DNA from: Burkholderiales bacterium
GTDB taxonomy: Bacteria; Pseudomonadota; Gammaproteobacteria; Burkholderiales; JAEUOS01
Length of the DNA: 64,000 bases
Assembly: GCA_036498945.1 (NCBI GenBank)
Contig: DASYEQ010000008.1
Location: 50,923 to 114,922 of the forward strand
Reading direction: 5' to 3'
The position numbers and the translations under genes were made by a program. Below the pieces are notes generated by a model. That model was not told where the DNA came from and did not search any database. It saw only the letters and a list, made by a program, of their open reading frames with translations. Below are positions 30,908 to 40,931 of this stretch, one piece after another. Position 1 is the stretch's first letter, and every line of letters starts with the position of its first letter.

Positions 30908-32533
30908 ATGTTCAAAATCAAATCCATCGGCACGCGCATCGCCGCGTGCATCGGCGTTCTTTTATTGATGCTCACGGCCAGCGTGCTGGTGGGCGTGTTC
31001 CAGATTCGCGCGGTGGTCGACCGCGGCGCGCAACTGCTGGTCGACCCGCTGGCGAAGGAGCGCATGGTCACCGACTGGTACCGCATGATGGAAGCCTCCG
31101 CCGCGCGCACCCAGGCGATGGCCGTCAGCAGCGACCCCGCGGTGGAAGAAAGCTTCCGCGAACAGCAGAAGCTGGCGACCGCCACCGGCGGCAAGACGCA
31201 AAAGGCCATCGAGGCGCTGGCCACCAGCGACGTAGAGCGCGCCATGCTCAAGGAGATCCTCGAGTTGCGCCTGAAGAACCAGGCCGACCGCAAGGAAGTC
31301 GTCGCGGCGCGCGCCGCCGGCAAGCCCGATGTGGCGATGGAAGTATTCAACACCCGCCTCAAAGTGCACATGGACACGCTGATCGGCCTGCTGAAAAAGT
31401 TCGCCGATTACGAGCGCGCCTCCATCGACAAGCTGGCCGCGGCCAACGCCGAGGCCGCCGCGCGCACCACTTCGCAGATGCTGGCCCTGGGCGGCATCGC
31501 CGTCCTCTTCGCCTGCGTCTTCGGCTGGTTCATCGGCCGCGGCATCGTGCGTCCCCTGCGCCGCGCGGCTGACGTCGCCGACAAGGTGGCTGGTGGTGAC
31601 CTGCGCAGCGAGATCGTTGTTGATACGGAAGACGAAACCGGGCGCCTGCTCAGCTCCATTTCCCGCATGCAGGATGCGCTGCGCCACCTGATCGGCGGCG
31701 TGCAGGGCAATGCCGCCGACATCTCCGCCAGCGCCGTGCAGATGGTGGCTTCCGCGGACGACCTCGCCGGCGCCAGCTCGCGCCAGAGCGAAGCGGTCGC
31801 GGCGATTGCCTCCTCGATCGAGGAACTCACCGTCAGCATTTCCGCCATGTCGGACAACCTGACCGCGGCGGCCGGTGTGGTCGATAGCACCGCCGAGGTC
31901 TCCTCCGGCGGCGTCGAGCAGGGCAACCAGGTGTCGCGCGAGATGTCCACCATCGACAGCGCGGTGGTCGAATTCGGCACCCAGATGCGCAGCCTGCAAG
32001 ACCAGGCCGGCCAGATCGACACCGTGATCAAGCTGATCCGCGGCATCGCCGAGCAGACCAACCTGCTGGCGCTCAACGCCGCCATCGAAGCCGCGCGCGC
32101 CGGCGAGCAGGGCCGCGGCTTCGCCGTAGTGGCCGACGAGGTGAGAAAGCTCGCCGAGCGCACCGCTTCCTCCACCCAGGAAATCGAGCGCACCGTCGCC
32201 GCCATCCAGCACGGCATGGCCGAGGCCGGCGGGCGCCTGGACTTCGTGCGCGAGCGCGTGCAGGGCGGTGTCACCTCGATTGGCGAACTGGTCGGCCCGC
32301 TCACCGAGTTGCAGCGCACCGCCGCCGAATCCGCCGCCGGCCTGCGTGAACTGGCGGCCGCCGTGCGTGAGCAAAAGCAGGCCAGCGAGCAGATCTCGCG
32401 CAACACCGAGACCATCGCCGGCGCCTCCGAGCAAAACCACGCCGCGATCGCGCAAAGCCGCGACAGCACCGCGCAATTGCAGGCGAAGACGCAAAGCCTG
32501 CTGGCCTCGACCGAGCGCTTTCAGCTGGCCTAA
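30908..32533 (+). CDS. Methyl-accepting chemotaxis protein
   Basis: Two TMs flank a 4-helix-type sensor, followed by a HAMP domain and the conserved signalling hairpin [40 protein letters not shown]. Confidence 0.93.
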   Translation: MFKIKSIGTRIAACIGVLLLMLTASVLVGVFQIRAVVDRGAQLLVDPLAKERMVTDWYRMMEASAARTQAMAVSSDPAVEESFREQQKLATATGGKTQKAIEALATSDVERAMLKEILELRLKNQADRKEVVAARAAGKPDVAMEVFNTRLKVHMDTLIGLLKKFADYERASIDKLAAANAEAAARTTSQMLALGGIAVLFACVFGWFIGRGIVRPLRRAADVADKVAGGDLRSEIVVDTEDETGRLLSSISRMQDALRHLIGGVQGNAADISASAVQMVASADDLAGASSRQSEAVAAIASSIEELTVSISAMSDNLTAAAGVVDSTAEVSSGGVEQGNQVSREMSTIDSAVVEFGTQMRSLQDQAGQIDTVIKLIRGIAEQTNLLALNAAIEAARAGEQGRGFAVVADEVRKLAERTASSTQEIERTVAAIQHGMAEAGGRLDFVRERVQGGVTSIGELVGPLTELQRTAAESAAGLRELAAAVREQKQASEQISRNTETIAGASEQNHAAIAQSRDSTAQLQAKTQSLLASTERFQLA

Positions 32534-32635
32534 GCAAGCCCGGCGGCCCGCTGCCACCGCATCTTTCGCCCGCGTGCGCGAGCGTGGGTGATCGCGCGGG
32601 CTACCGCGCGGCCGGATCCGCCACTGCGTAAAACA

Positions 32636-32667
32636 AGACCGCCATGCATGCATGGCGGTCTGCTTTT
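32636..32667. terminator. Bidirectional stem-loop between the MCP and TetR genes
   Basis: Perfect 26-nt palindrome agaccgccatgcatgcatggcggtct followed by gctttta; the opposite strand gives tcttgtttta. Confidence 0.75.
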
Positions 32668-32682
32668 ATGCGCCGCCGCAAG

Positions 32683-33417
32683 CTAGGCTGCAAGCCCCGC
32701 CGGGGCAGGCCCCTCCTTGCGCCCGTAGGCACGCAGGAATGTCGTGACCGCGATGTCCACCCATTGATCGATCTGCGCCGCCGAAGGGCGCGCGTCGGGA
32801 TGAAACAGGCATTGCAGATGCGCCTCGGCGCGCGCCAAATTGGCAAACAGGCTGGCGGCGGCGTCCACGCCGATGGTGCTCAATTCCACTTCGCCGGCCT
32901 GCGCCGCGCGCTCCAGTTGCCGCGCCAGCATGCCCTGCACCATGCGCGGCCCGGTGAGGTAGAAGGAGCGCGCCAGTTCCGGAAAGCGCGGCGCCTCCGC
33001 CGTGATCACGCGAAATAGCGCCAGGCTGCTCGGCGCCAGCGCAATCTCCAGGTAGGTGCGCGCCAGGTCGCTGAGCGTTTCGCGCAGCGCGCCGGGCCGG
33101 TACTCCACGGTGCGCATGTGATTCATGAAGCCGGTGCATTCCGCCTCCATCACGGCGAGGAACAGCGCTTCCTTGTTGGCGTAGTGCGCGTAGACGGTGG
33201 ATTTCGACACGCCCGCCTGCTGCTGGATCATGTCGGTGGTCGCGGCCGAAAAACCATGCGCCAGGAACACCGTCCGCGCGGCTTCCAGCACCGTGCGCGC
33301 TTTCTTGTTCATGCCTTCGCCGGCGGGCGCTGTGGCGACGCTGCCGTCGCCCGCAATGGCCGCCCGTGGTGCCGCACGCTCCTGCACCGATGCGCCGGTA
33401 GGGTCCTGTTTTCTCAT
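32683..33417 (-). CDS. TetR/AcrR family transcriptional regulator
   Basis: HTH region FSAATTDMIQQQAGVSKSTVYAHYANKEALF. It is divergent from the efflux operon. The start may be the ATG at 33312 (MNKKARTVLEAAR...). Confidence 0.88.
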   Translation of the reverse strand: MRKQDPTGASVQERAAPRAAIAGDGSVATAPAGEGMNKKARTVLEAARTVFLAHGFSAATTDMIQQQAGVSKSTVYAHYANKEALFLAVMEAECTGFMNHMRTVEYRPGALRETLSDLARTYLEIALAPSSLALFRVITAEAPRFPELARSFYLTGPRMVQGMLARQLERAAQAGEVELSTIGVDAAASLFANLARAEAHLQCLFHPDARPSAAQIDQWVDIAVTTFLRAYGRKEGPAPAGLAA

Positions 33418-33444
33418 TAACTGTACCGATAGGTTCGATTTAAC

Positions 33445-33495
33445 TTGACATTAGCACAATGCCTCAATAAAGTACAGTACCGAACGGTTCGGTAC
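33445..33495 (+). promoter_or_regulatory. Sigma70-type promoter (TTGACA-N17-TAAAGT) with an overlapping palindromic operator
   Basis: TTGACA at 33445-33450 and TAAAGT at 33468-33473. A perfect 9+1+9 palindrome GTACCGAAC-G-GTTCGGTAC lies at 33477-33495, with a degenerate copy gtaccgataggttcgat at 33423-33439. Confidence 0.65.
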
Positions 33496-33577
33496 AGTTT
33501 GGATGAGATTGCCAAACAGCGCCGGCCGCGCCGAAATCTGCACCAAAACAAATGCTTGGAAGATCGCCGTGACGAAT

Positions 33578-35074
33578 ATGCCGAGAAACCTGCTCCCCGC
33601 TGCCGCCTTCGCGGTACTGCTTTCCGGCTGCGCCGTCGGCCCCGATTTCCTGCGGCCGGCCAACCACTTGTTCCAGGCCATGCTGAGCCCCAAGGCGCAG
33701 GCCGATGGCGAGAGGCCTTCGGCCCTGGCGCCGCAACCGGTTCCGGTTGCCTGGTGGACCTTGTTCAACGACCCCGAACTCACCGTCCTGCAAACCCGCG
33801 CGCGCAGCGCGAATCTCGACCTGCAGGCCGCGGCTGCCCGGGTGGAAGAGAGCAGGGCGCAACTGGGCATTGCGCAGGCCGCGCTGTTCCCCCACTCTGG
33901 TTTCGGCGCCGACAAAACGCGCCAGGCCCTCAGCGCCGACGGCCCGCTGCACAAGCTCGGCGCTTCCACCCGGCCCTTCGATCTCTATAACGCCAATTTC
34001 GATGCGGGCTGGGAAATTGACCTTTGGGGCAAGGCACGCCGCGCCGGCGAAGGCGCCGGCGCCCTCGCCGAAGCCAGCCTCTACGACCGCGAAGCCGTGC
34101 GCGTCGCCGTCTCCGCCGAGATCGCCCGCAACTACCTGCTGCTGCGCGGCAACCAGGCGCAGCTCGACATCACCCGGCAAAACCGGCGGATCGCCGAACA
34201 CGCGCTGCGCCTGGCGCAAAGCCGCGAGCAAAACGGCGTCGCCACCCGCTTCGACACCGCCGCTGCCCGCGCGCAACTGGCCAACATCAAGGCCACGCTG
34301 CCGCAACTCAGCCAGCGCCGCGACGCGCTGATGAACGCCCTGGCCCTGCTGCTGGGCGAGGCGCCGCGCCGGCTCGATGCCGAGCTTACGAGCGCATTGC
34401 CGCTGCCGGCGATGCCCGCGCGCGTGCCCGTCGGCCTGCCTTCCGAACTGGCGCAGCGCCGCCCCGACATCCTGCGCGCCGAGGCCCGCCTGCACGCCGC
34501 GACTGCCGCCATCGGCGTGGCCAAGGCGGACTTCTATCCGCGCATCGGCCTGAAGGGCACCGCCGGCTGGCAGGCCTTCAACTTCCACGACATGGGCTCC
34601 TGGGGCGCGCAGCAGTTCACCTTCGGCCCGACCCTCTACCTGCCGATCTTCGAAGGCGGCCGCCTGAAAAGCACCCTGGCGCTCACCGAAGCCCGGCAAA
34701 AAAGCGCCGCCATCGCCTACCAGCAGACCGTGCTTTCCGCCTGGCACGAGGTGGACAACGCGCTCGGCGCCTGGGCCGCCGAGCAGCAGCGCCATGAAGA
34801 ACTCGTGATCGCCGCCGAGCAGGACCGCATCGCGCTCACCGCCGCCGAACGCGCCTACCGCGAAGGCGCGGCCGACTATCTCACCGTGCTGGTGGCGCAG
34901 CGCAACCTGCTCGCCGGCCAGCTCGCGCTGAGCGACAGCGCCACCGCCGCCACCCTCGCCGTCGTCGGCCTGTACAAATCGTTGGGCGGCGGCTGGGATC
35001 CGGCTGCACTCGATCAGGCGGATCCACCGAAGGTCAGCGCCGGCCTGGACAGCCGGCAGGGAGCGCAGCCGTGA
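33578..35074 (+). CDS. Efflux transporter outer membrane factor lipoprotein (NodT family)
   Basis: ATG at 33578 gives MPRNLLPAAAFAVLLSGC (lipobox). The body has the two-repeat OMF/TolC-like architecture. Confidence 0.88.
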   Translation: MPRNLLPAAAFAVLLSGCAVGPDFLRPANHLFQAMLSPKAQADGERPSALAPQPVPVAWWTLFNDPELTVLQTRARSANLDLQAAAARVEESRAQLGIAQAALFPHSGFGADKTRQALSADGPLHKLGASTRPFDLYNANFDAGWEIDLWGKARRAGEGAGALAEASLYDREAVRVAVSAEIARNYLLLRGNQAQLDITRQNRRIAEHALRLAQSREQNGVATRFDTAAARAQLANIKATLPQLSQRRDALMNALALLLGEAPRRLDAELTSALPLPAMPARVPVGLPSELAQRRPDILRAEARLHAATAAIGVAKADFYPRIGLKGTAGWQAFNFHDMGSWGAQQFTFGPTLYLPIFEGGRLKSTLALTEARQKSAAIAYQQTVLSAWHEVDNALGAWAAEQQRHEELVIAAEQDRIALTAAERAYREGAADYLTVLVAQRNLLAGQLALSDSATAATLAVVGLYKSLGGGWDPAALDQADPPKVSAGLDSRQGAQP

Positions 35075-36660
35075 GCGCAGCCATCGGCGCCGCCATCAAC
35101 GCGGGACCCCGGCCGCCGCAGGCGATTGCGGCCGGCGCGCCCGCCAGCGCCCCCTCGATGCTGCGGCCGATGGCGGGCCTGCTCGGCATCTTCCTCGCCG
35201 CCATGATGGCCGGCCTGAACAATCGCGTCGGCGCCCTGGCGCTGGCCGACGTGCGCGGCGCGCTCAGCCTGTCGAGCGACGACGCGTCCTGGCTTTCCAC
35301 CGTCTATACCGCCGGCGAATTGATCGCCATGCCGTTCGCCGCCTGGTTCGCCATCACCTTATCCGTGCGCCGCTTTCACCTGTGGATGGTGGGGGCCTGC
35401 ACCGTCATCGCCGTCGTGCTGCCGCTGCTGCACAGCCTGCCTCTCATGCTCGTCCTGCGCGGCCTGCAAGGCGTCGCCGGCGGCGCCCTGATCCCGGTGC
35501 TGATGATGGCGGCGCTGAAGTTCCTGCCGCCCAACATCCGCCTGCACGGCCTGGCGCTGTATTCGATGACCGCCACCTTCGCGCCCAATCTCGCCGGCTG
35601 GTTCGCCGGCCAGTGGGTCGATGCCGCCTTCGACTGGCGCTGGATCTACTGGCAGGTGATTCCCGTGGCGGCGCTGTCGGCGCTGCTGGTCGGCTGGGGC
35701 CTGAAGCGCGAGCCGGTCCAGGCCGGGCGCTGGGCCGGCGCCAACTGGCTCGGCATGGCTTGCGCGGTGCCCGGCCTGGCGCTGCTGGCGGTGGCGCTGG
35801 ACCAGGGCGTGCGGCTGGACTGGTTCAACTCGCCGCTGATCGTCTGCGCGCTCGCCGCCGGCCTCGGGCTGACCTTCGTCTACGGCCTCACCGAATGGTT
35901 CCATCCCGCGCCCTTCATGCGCCTGCAGATGCTCTCGCGCCGCAACCTCGCGCTCGGCTTCACCGTCTTCATCGGCCTGCTGGTGGTGGCGCTCTCGGGC
36001 TCCTTCCTGCCGGCGGCCGACCTTGGCGCGCTGCGCGGCTATCGCGCGCTGCAAAGCGCCCCCATCGGCCTGATCATCGCGCTGCCGCAACTGCTGTTCG
36101 GGCCGCTGGTGGCCCTGCTGCTGTACCGCAAGTGGGCCGATGCGCGCATCGTCTGCGCCACCGGGCTGGCGCTGCTGGCCGCTGCCTGCCTGCTCGGCTC
36201 GCGGCTCACTTCCGATTGGGTCTGGCAGCAATTCGCCTGGGCGCAAATGCTGCAGGCCGTGGGCCAGCCGATGACAGTGGTGGCGCTGCTGTTTTTGGCC
36301 ACCAGCGTGGTGCAGCCGGCCGAAGGGCCCTACGTCTCCGGCATCATCAACACGCTGCGCGCCGCCGGCGTGCTCTTCGGCAGCGCCGTGGTCGGCCAGT
36401 TCAGCGCCGTGCGCAGCCGGTTTCACGCCGAAATGCTGCTCGATCACGCCGCGCGCGCCGCCGGTGCGCTGCAGCCGGCGGCCGACCCCGGCCAACTGGC
36501 GGCCGCGCTCAACGGCCAGGCCTTCGTGCTGGCCACCGCCGATGCCTACCGGGTGCTCGGTGCATTGGCCCTGGCGCTGATTCCGCTCGCTTTGCTCATG
36601 CAATACATTCCCGCGCCGGCCGTGAAGCCGGCTGCGTCCCCTGCTGCGCAAGTCCACTAA
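35071..36660 (+). CDS. MFS drug efflux transporter (DHA2 / EmrB-QacA type, 14 TM)
   Basis: The GTG start forms a GTGA overlap with the OMF stop. It is a 529-aa polytopic protein with an MFS motif-A-like region. Confidence 0.85.
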   Translation: MSAAIGAAINAGPRPPQAIAAGAPASAPSMLRPMAGLLGIFLAAMMAGLNNRVGALALADVRGALSLSSDDASWLSTVYTAGELIAMPFAAWFAITLSVRRFHLWMVGACTVIAVVLPLLHSLPLMLVLRGLQGVAGGALIPVLMMAALKFLPPNIRLHGLALYSMTATFAPNLAGWFAGQWVDAAFDWRWIYWQVIPVAALSALLVGWGLKREPVQAGRWAGANWLGMACAVPGLALLAVALDQGVRLDWFNSPLIVCALAAGLGLTFVYGLTEWFHPAPFMRLQMLSRRNLALGFTVFIGLLVVALSGSFLPAADLGALRGYRALQSAPIGLIIALPQLLFGPLVALLLYRKWADARIVCATGLALLAAACLLGSRLTSDWVWQQFAWAQMLQAVGQPMTVVALLFLATSVVQPAEGPYVSGIINTLRAAGVLFGSAVVGQFSAVRSRFHAEMLLDHAARAAGALQPAADPGQLAAALNGQAFVLATADAYRVLGALALALIPLALLMQYIPAPAVKPAASPAAQVH

Positions 36661-36671
36661 AGGAACTCGTC

Positions 36672-37718
36672 ATGTCCCTGCCCACCTTCGCCAAGATCAC
36701 CAGCGCCGCCATTCTCACTGCGGTGGCCGCCGGCAGCTTTTTCTACCTCGACCGTTCGGAAGCCGACGCCGCGCGCCAGTCCACCGACGACGCCTACGTG
36801 CAGGCCGATTACACCGTGGTCGCGCCGCAGGTGAGCGGGCGCATCACCCAGGTGCTGGTGGCCGACAACCAGCCGGTCAAGCCCGGCGACCTGATCGCCA
36901 CCATCGACGACCGCGACTACGCCATCGCCGTCGACATGGCGCGCGCCCAGGTGCTCAGCGCCCAGGCGGCGATCGAGAGCCTGCGCGCCGGCCTGACCCG
37001 CCAGGGCGCGGTGATCCACCAGGCGCGCGCCACCGTCGAGGCGGACGACGCCGCCGTCACGCTGGCCCGCGCCAACCAGGCGCGCTACAGCAATCTGGCC
37101 GCCGACGGCTCCGGCACCGTGCAGGCACTGCAGCAGGCCGAAGCGCAACTGCGCATCCAGCAGGCCGGGCGCGAAAAGAACCAGGCCGCCTTCGAGTCCA
37201 CCCGACAGCAGACCGACATCCTGCGCGCCGACCTGCAAAAGGCCCACGCCGCCGAAGCGCAGGCGAGGGCGCAACTGGCCGAGGCCGAACTCAAGCTTTC
37301 CTACACCCGCATCACCGCGCCTTTGGCCGGCACCGTCGGCGAAAAGAGCGTGCGCGTCGGCGCCTTCGTCACCGCCGGCAAGCCGCTGCTGGCGATCGTG
37401 CCGCTGAGCGCCATCTACATCGAAGCCAACTACCGCGAGACCCAGCTCTACCACGTACACCCCGGCCAGCCGGTCAGTATCCGGGTCGACGCGCTCCCCG
37501 GCGTCACCCTCAAGGGCCATGTCGATTCGATGGCGCCCGCCAGCGGCGTCACCTACGCGGCGATCGCCCCGCACAACGCCACCGGCAACTTCACCAAGAT
37601 CGTGCAGCGCCTGCCGGTGCGCATTTCGATCGACGCGGGGCAGGAAGAAGCGGGGCGCCTGCGCGTCGGCATGTCGGTGCAGCCGGAGATCGACGTCGGC
37701 CGCAAGGGCGCGGCCTGA
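36672..37718 (+). CDS. HlyD/EmrA-family membrane fusion protein
   Basis: ATG at 36672 behind AAGGAA. It has a single N-terminal TM, DDAYVQADYTVVAPQVSGRITQVLV (lipoyl-like), a long coiled coil, and LSYTRITAPLAGTVG. Confidence 0.88.
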   Translation: MSLPTFAKITSAAILTAVAAGSFFYLDRSEADAARQSTDDAYVQADYTVVAPQVSGRITQVLVADNQPVKPGDLIATIDDRDYAIAVDMARAQVLSAQAAIESLRAGLTRQGAVIHQARATVEADDAAVTLARANQARYSNLAADGSGTVQALQQAEAQLRIQQAGREKNQAAFESTRQQTDILRADLQKAHAAEAQARAQLAEAELKLSYTRITAPLAGTVGEKSVRVGAFVTAGKPLLAIVPLSAIYIEANYRETQLYHVHPGQPVSIRVDALPGVTLKGHVDSMAPASGVTYAAIAPHNATGNFTKIVQRLPVRISIDAGQEEAGRLRVGMSVQPEIDVGRKGAA

Positions 37719-37886
37719 CACGCTCCAGGCCCCGATGATGGCCGCGCATGCGGCCATCCACGCGCCCGACAGCGCGGTCTTTTGTGTGTGGGTGCCGCGA
37801 TGCTCCGAGGCAGCGCCGGAATTGCGCCGCGTAACGCTACAATCGCGCATTCCAAGAAATCGCCCGGCTGACGCGGGCGCAACCGC

Positions 37887-38927
37887 GTGGCGAGCAGGCG
37901 CAAGTTCGGCAACCTCCTATCGAGCAATCACCTCCGTGGCCTGATGTGGGCGGTGGTGGTCGTGCTCATGGTGCACGTGGTCGGCACCATCGGCTACAAG
38001 GTCATCGGCGGCGCGCAGGCCACCTGGCTCAACAGCTTCTACATGACCTTCGTCACCGTGGCCACCATCGGCTATGGCGAGATCATCGACCTGTCGAACC
38101 ACCCCTGGGGGCGCGTGTTCACCGTGCTGATCGCCTTCACCGGCATCGGCACCATGACCTACATGTTCTCCATGGTGACGGCGATGATCCTGGAGTCCGA
38201 CCTGAATCAAACCCTGAAGAGAAACCGCATGGAAAAGTCGATTGCCAAGCTTTCCGGGCACTACATCATCTGCGGCATCGGGCGCGTCGGCACCAACGTC
38301 GCCCTCGAGCTGGCGAAGACCGGGCGCCGCTTCGTCGTCATCGAGGAGTCGGAAGCGGCGCTCGATGCCTTCGCCGACAGCCACGAGGAAGCGCTGCAAC
38401 TGCACGGCGACGGCGCGGATGACGACATGCTGCTGCGCGCCGGCATCGCGCGCGCCGCCGGCGTGTTCGCCGTCACCGGCGACGACAGCCGCAACATCGT
38501 GATCTCGCTGTCGGTGAAGCAGATCAATCCCGCGGTGCGCGTGGTGGCGCGGGTGCACGACATTCGCAACGGCGACAAGGCGCGCCGCGCCGGGGCCGAT
38601 GAGATCGTCTCGCCCGACTTCACCGGCGGCATGCGCATCGCCTCCGCCATGATCCGCCCGCATGTGGTCACCTTCATGGACCAGATGCTGCGCCGCGACG
38701 ACGGCCTGCGGGTCGAAGAGGTGGAAGTGCCGCAGGACCTGGCCCCGCGCGCGCTCGGCAAACTGGCGGAGCGCTCGCGCGATTTCATCCTGATGGCGAC
38801 CCACAGGCGCGGCGAGTGGCAGTTCAATCCCGATCCGCAGCAGCGCATCGAGCCCGGCGATGCGCTGGTGATCATGACCAACGCGCATGGGCGCGCGGCG
38901 CTGGAGGCGGCGCTCAAGGGCGCGTGA
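37887..38927 (+). CDS. Potassium channel protein with RCK/TrkA domains
   Basis: Selectivity filter TVATIGYGEI, two-TM pore, Rossmann motif ICGIGRVGTNVA (TrkA-N) and a TrkA-C-like tail. The start is GTG at 37887 or the internal ATG (MWAVVVV...). Confidence 0.85.
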   Translation: MASRRKFGNLLSSNHLRGLMWAVVVVLMVHVVGTIGYKVIGGAQATWLNSFYMTFVTVATIGYGEIIDLSNHPWGRVFTVLIAFTGIGTMTYMFSMVTAMILESDLNQTLKRNRMEKSIAKLSGHYIICGIGRVGTNVALELAKTGRRFVVIEESEAALDAFADSHEEALQLHGDGADDDMLLRAGIARAAGVFAVTGDDSRNIVISLSVKQINPAVRVVARVHDIRNGDKARRAGADEIVSPDFTGGMRIASAMIRPHVVTFMDQMLRRDDGLRVEEVEVPQDLAPRALGKLAERSRDFILMATHRRGEWQFNPDPQQRIEPGDALVIMTNAHGRAALEAALKGA

Positions 38928-39200
38928 AGCTGCGCCAAAAACACCCCACGGCCGCGGGGATTGGGGTATCTTAGGAACACCTCCTCATCACGAGTTCGCC
39001 AGCCCATGCGCCAGCTTCGTTCGCCCTTGTCCAGGCGCGAGCGGCCGCGCAGGGGTACCACGATTGTGGTCGCGGCGCCGCACGACATCCGTGTTGGAGT
39101 CGTCTGCTTTTTTCGCCAAATCTACCGTGATTTACCGTGGTTATCGCGCGTAGCGCGGCGCTACCACGACCGTGTAGCCGTTTTTACGCAAAAAGCGGCC

Positions 39201-39284
39201 ACGCTTTTGCGAAAAGCATGGCTGCTTTTGCGAAAAGCGCGACCGCTTTTGCGAAAAGCGCGACCGCTTTTGCAAAAAACCTCA
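39201..39284. repeat. Tandem array of four 21-bp units containing the near-palindrome GCTTTTGCGAAAAGC
   Basis: Units are 39201-39221 acgcttttgcgaaaagcatgg, 39222-39242 ctgcttttgcgaaaagcgcga, 39243-39263 ccgcttttgcgaaaagcgcga, and 39264-39284 ccgcttttgcaaaaaacctca. An inverted partial unit cgcaaaaagcg precedes them at 39187-39197. Confidence 0.9.
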
Positions 39285-39359
39285 GGTTTTCTCAGGGTGG
39301 CTGCCGGTCAGGCGGGCGCGGGCTGCTAAAATGCAGTGGAATCTCAGAAGGCTTGTTCA

Positions 39360-40100
39360 ATGAAAATCCTGGTCAGCAATGACGACGGTTATTTCGCGCC
39401 CGGTCTTGCTGCCTTGGTCGAAGCCGTCCGCCCGCTAGGCGAAGTGACGGTGGTGGCGCCGGAGCAGAACCACAGCGGCGCGTCCAATTCCCTGACCCTC
39501 AATCGGCCCTTGTACGTACGCAAGGCGTCGAACGGCTTTTTCTACGTCAACGGTACGCCCTCGGACTGCGTGCACCTGGCGGTCACCGGCATCATCGGCT
39601 TCCTGCCCGACCTGGTGGTCTCCGGCATCAACGACGGCGCCAACATGGGCGAGGACACGCTGTATTCCGGCACCGTGGCGGCGGCCACCGAAGGCTACCT
39701 GCTGGGCATTCCGTCGATCGCCTTTTCGCTGGTGAAAAAAGGCTACGAGAATCTGGAAGAGGCCGGGCGGGTCGCGCGCGAGGTAGTGCAGCGCTATGTG
39801 AAGTCGCCGATGCACGAGCCGATGCTGCTCAACGTCAACATTCCCGGCGAGAAGGGCGCGGTCAAGGGCGTGCGCGCCACCCGCCTGGGCAAGCGCCACC
39901 AGGCGGAGCCGGCGGTCAAAGCCGCCGACCCGCACGGCGAGCCGGTGTACTGGGTGGGCAAGGTGGGGGCGGCGGCCGACGACGGCGAAGGCACCGATTT
40001 CCACGCCACCGCCAATGGATTCGTCTCGGTCACCCCGTTGCAGATCGATCTCACGCGTTACGAGCAAATAGACCATGTCGGCGCCTGGCTTGAGAAGTAA
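39360..40100 (+). CDS. surE: 5'/3'-nucleotidase SurE
   Basis: ATG at 39360, [19 protein letters not shown]..., GTPSDCV and [10 protein letters not shown] motifs. Confidence 0.94.
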   Translation: MKILVSNDDGYFAPGLAALVEAVRPLGEVTVVAPEQNHSGASNSLTLNRPLYVRKASNGFFYVNGTPSDCVHLAVTGIIGFLPDLVVSGINDGANMGEDTLYSGTVAAATEGYLLGIPSIAFSLVKKGYENLEEAGRVAREVVQRYVKSPMHEPMLLNVNIPGEKGAVKGVRATRLGKRHQAEPAVKAADPHGEPVYWVGKVGAAADDGEGTDFHATANGFVSVTPLQIDLTRYEQIDHVGAWLEK

Positions 40101-40836
40101 GCCGCCCGGCGGCACCCAGGCGGCCGTGGACAAGGAATCCAAAGGCGGCAGCAAGCCCCGCCCGGTCGGCGGCTCGCAGGTGCTGCACGAGGAAGACTGG
40201 TCCACGCCTTCAACCGCGCGCCTGGCCATGCTCAAGCGCCTGCGCGAGCAGGGCATCTCGTCGGCCCCGGTGCTGGAAGCGATGGCGCGCATCCCGCGCG
40301 AGCGCTTCATCGACGAGGCGCTGTGGAGCCGGGCGTATGAAGACAACGCGCTGCCGATCGGCTTCGAGCAGACCATCTCGCAGCCCTACGTGGTGGCGAA
40401 AATGATTGCGTCAGTGCTGCCGGCCTCGGGCCGGCTGACCAAGGTGCTGGAGGTGGGCACCGGCTGCGGCTACCAGGCGGCGGTGCTGTCGCAGGTGGCC
40501 GACGAGGTGTATTCGATCGAGCGCATCCGCGGCCTGTACGACCGCGCGCGCGGCAACCTGCGTCAACTGCGCCTGCCCAATGTGCGTTTGGCTTATGGCG
40601 ATGGCTACCAGGGGCTGCCGGATGCGGCGCCTTTCGATGCGATTGTCGTGGCCGCCGCCGCGCCGGCCATGCCGCAGGCGCTGGTGCAGCAGCTCAAGCG
40701 GGGCGGTAAACTGATCATACCGGTGGGCACCACGGCGCAGCAATTGAAGCTGGTGGAGCGGCGGGTGGCAGGCGTGATCGAAAGCCAGTTGGATATGGTG
40801 CGTTTCGTGCCGATGTTGAACGGGATGGTGAAATAA
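40075..40836 (+). CDS. pcm: Protein-L-isoaspartate O-methyltransferase
   Basis: SAM motif [14 protein letters not shown] and TISQPYVVA. The start is either 40075 (basic low-complexity N-extension, 26-nt overlap with surE) or the ATG at 40225 ([10 protein letters not shown]). Confidence 0.9.
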   Translation: MSAPGLRSKPPGGTQAAVDKESKGGSKPRPVGGSQVLHEEDWSTPSTARLAMLKRLREQGISSAPVLEAMARIPRERFIDEALWSRAYEDNALPIGFEQTISQPYVVAKMIASVLPASGRLTKVLEVGTGCGYQAAVLSQVADEVYSIERIRGLYDRARGNLRQLRLPNVRLAYGDGYQGLPDAAPFDAIVVAAAAPAMPQALVQQLKRGGKLIIPVGTTAQQLKLVERRVAGVIESQLDMVRFVPMLNGMVK

Positions 40837-40931
40837 CGCGCGGTACCGGCCCGGCCGGGAACCGGGAGGCACGCGGCGCTGTCTGCGGGGCAGGGTGAGG
40901 CATCCAGAGGATGAAGGAAACAGTCGAGACA

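Noticed and set aside
38961-39382. ORFs 38961-39329(+) and 39137-39382(+), encoding repeated LLRKARP / FAKSATA peptides.
   Set aside because: The periodic peptide is simply the translation of the 21-bp DNA tandem repeat. There is no SD, and the ORFs lie in an intergenic region.
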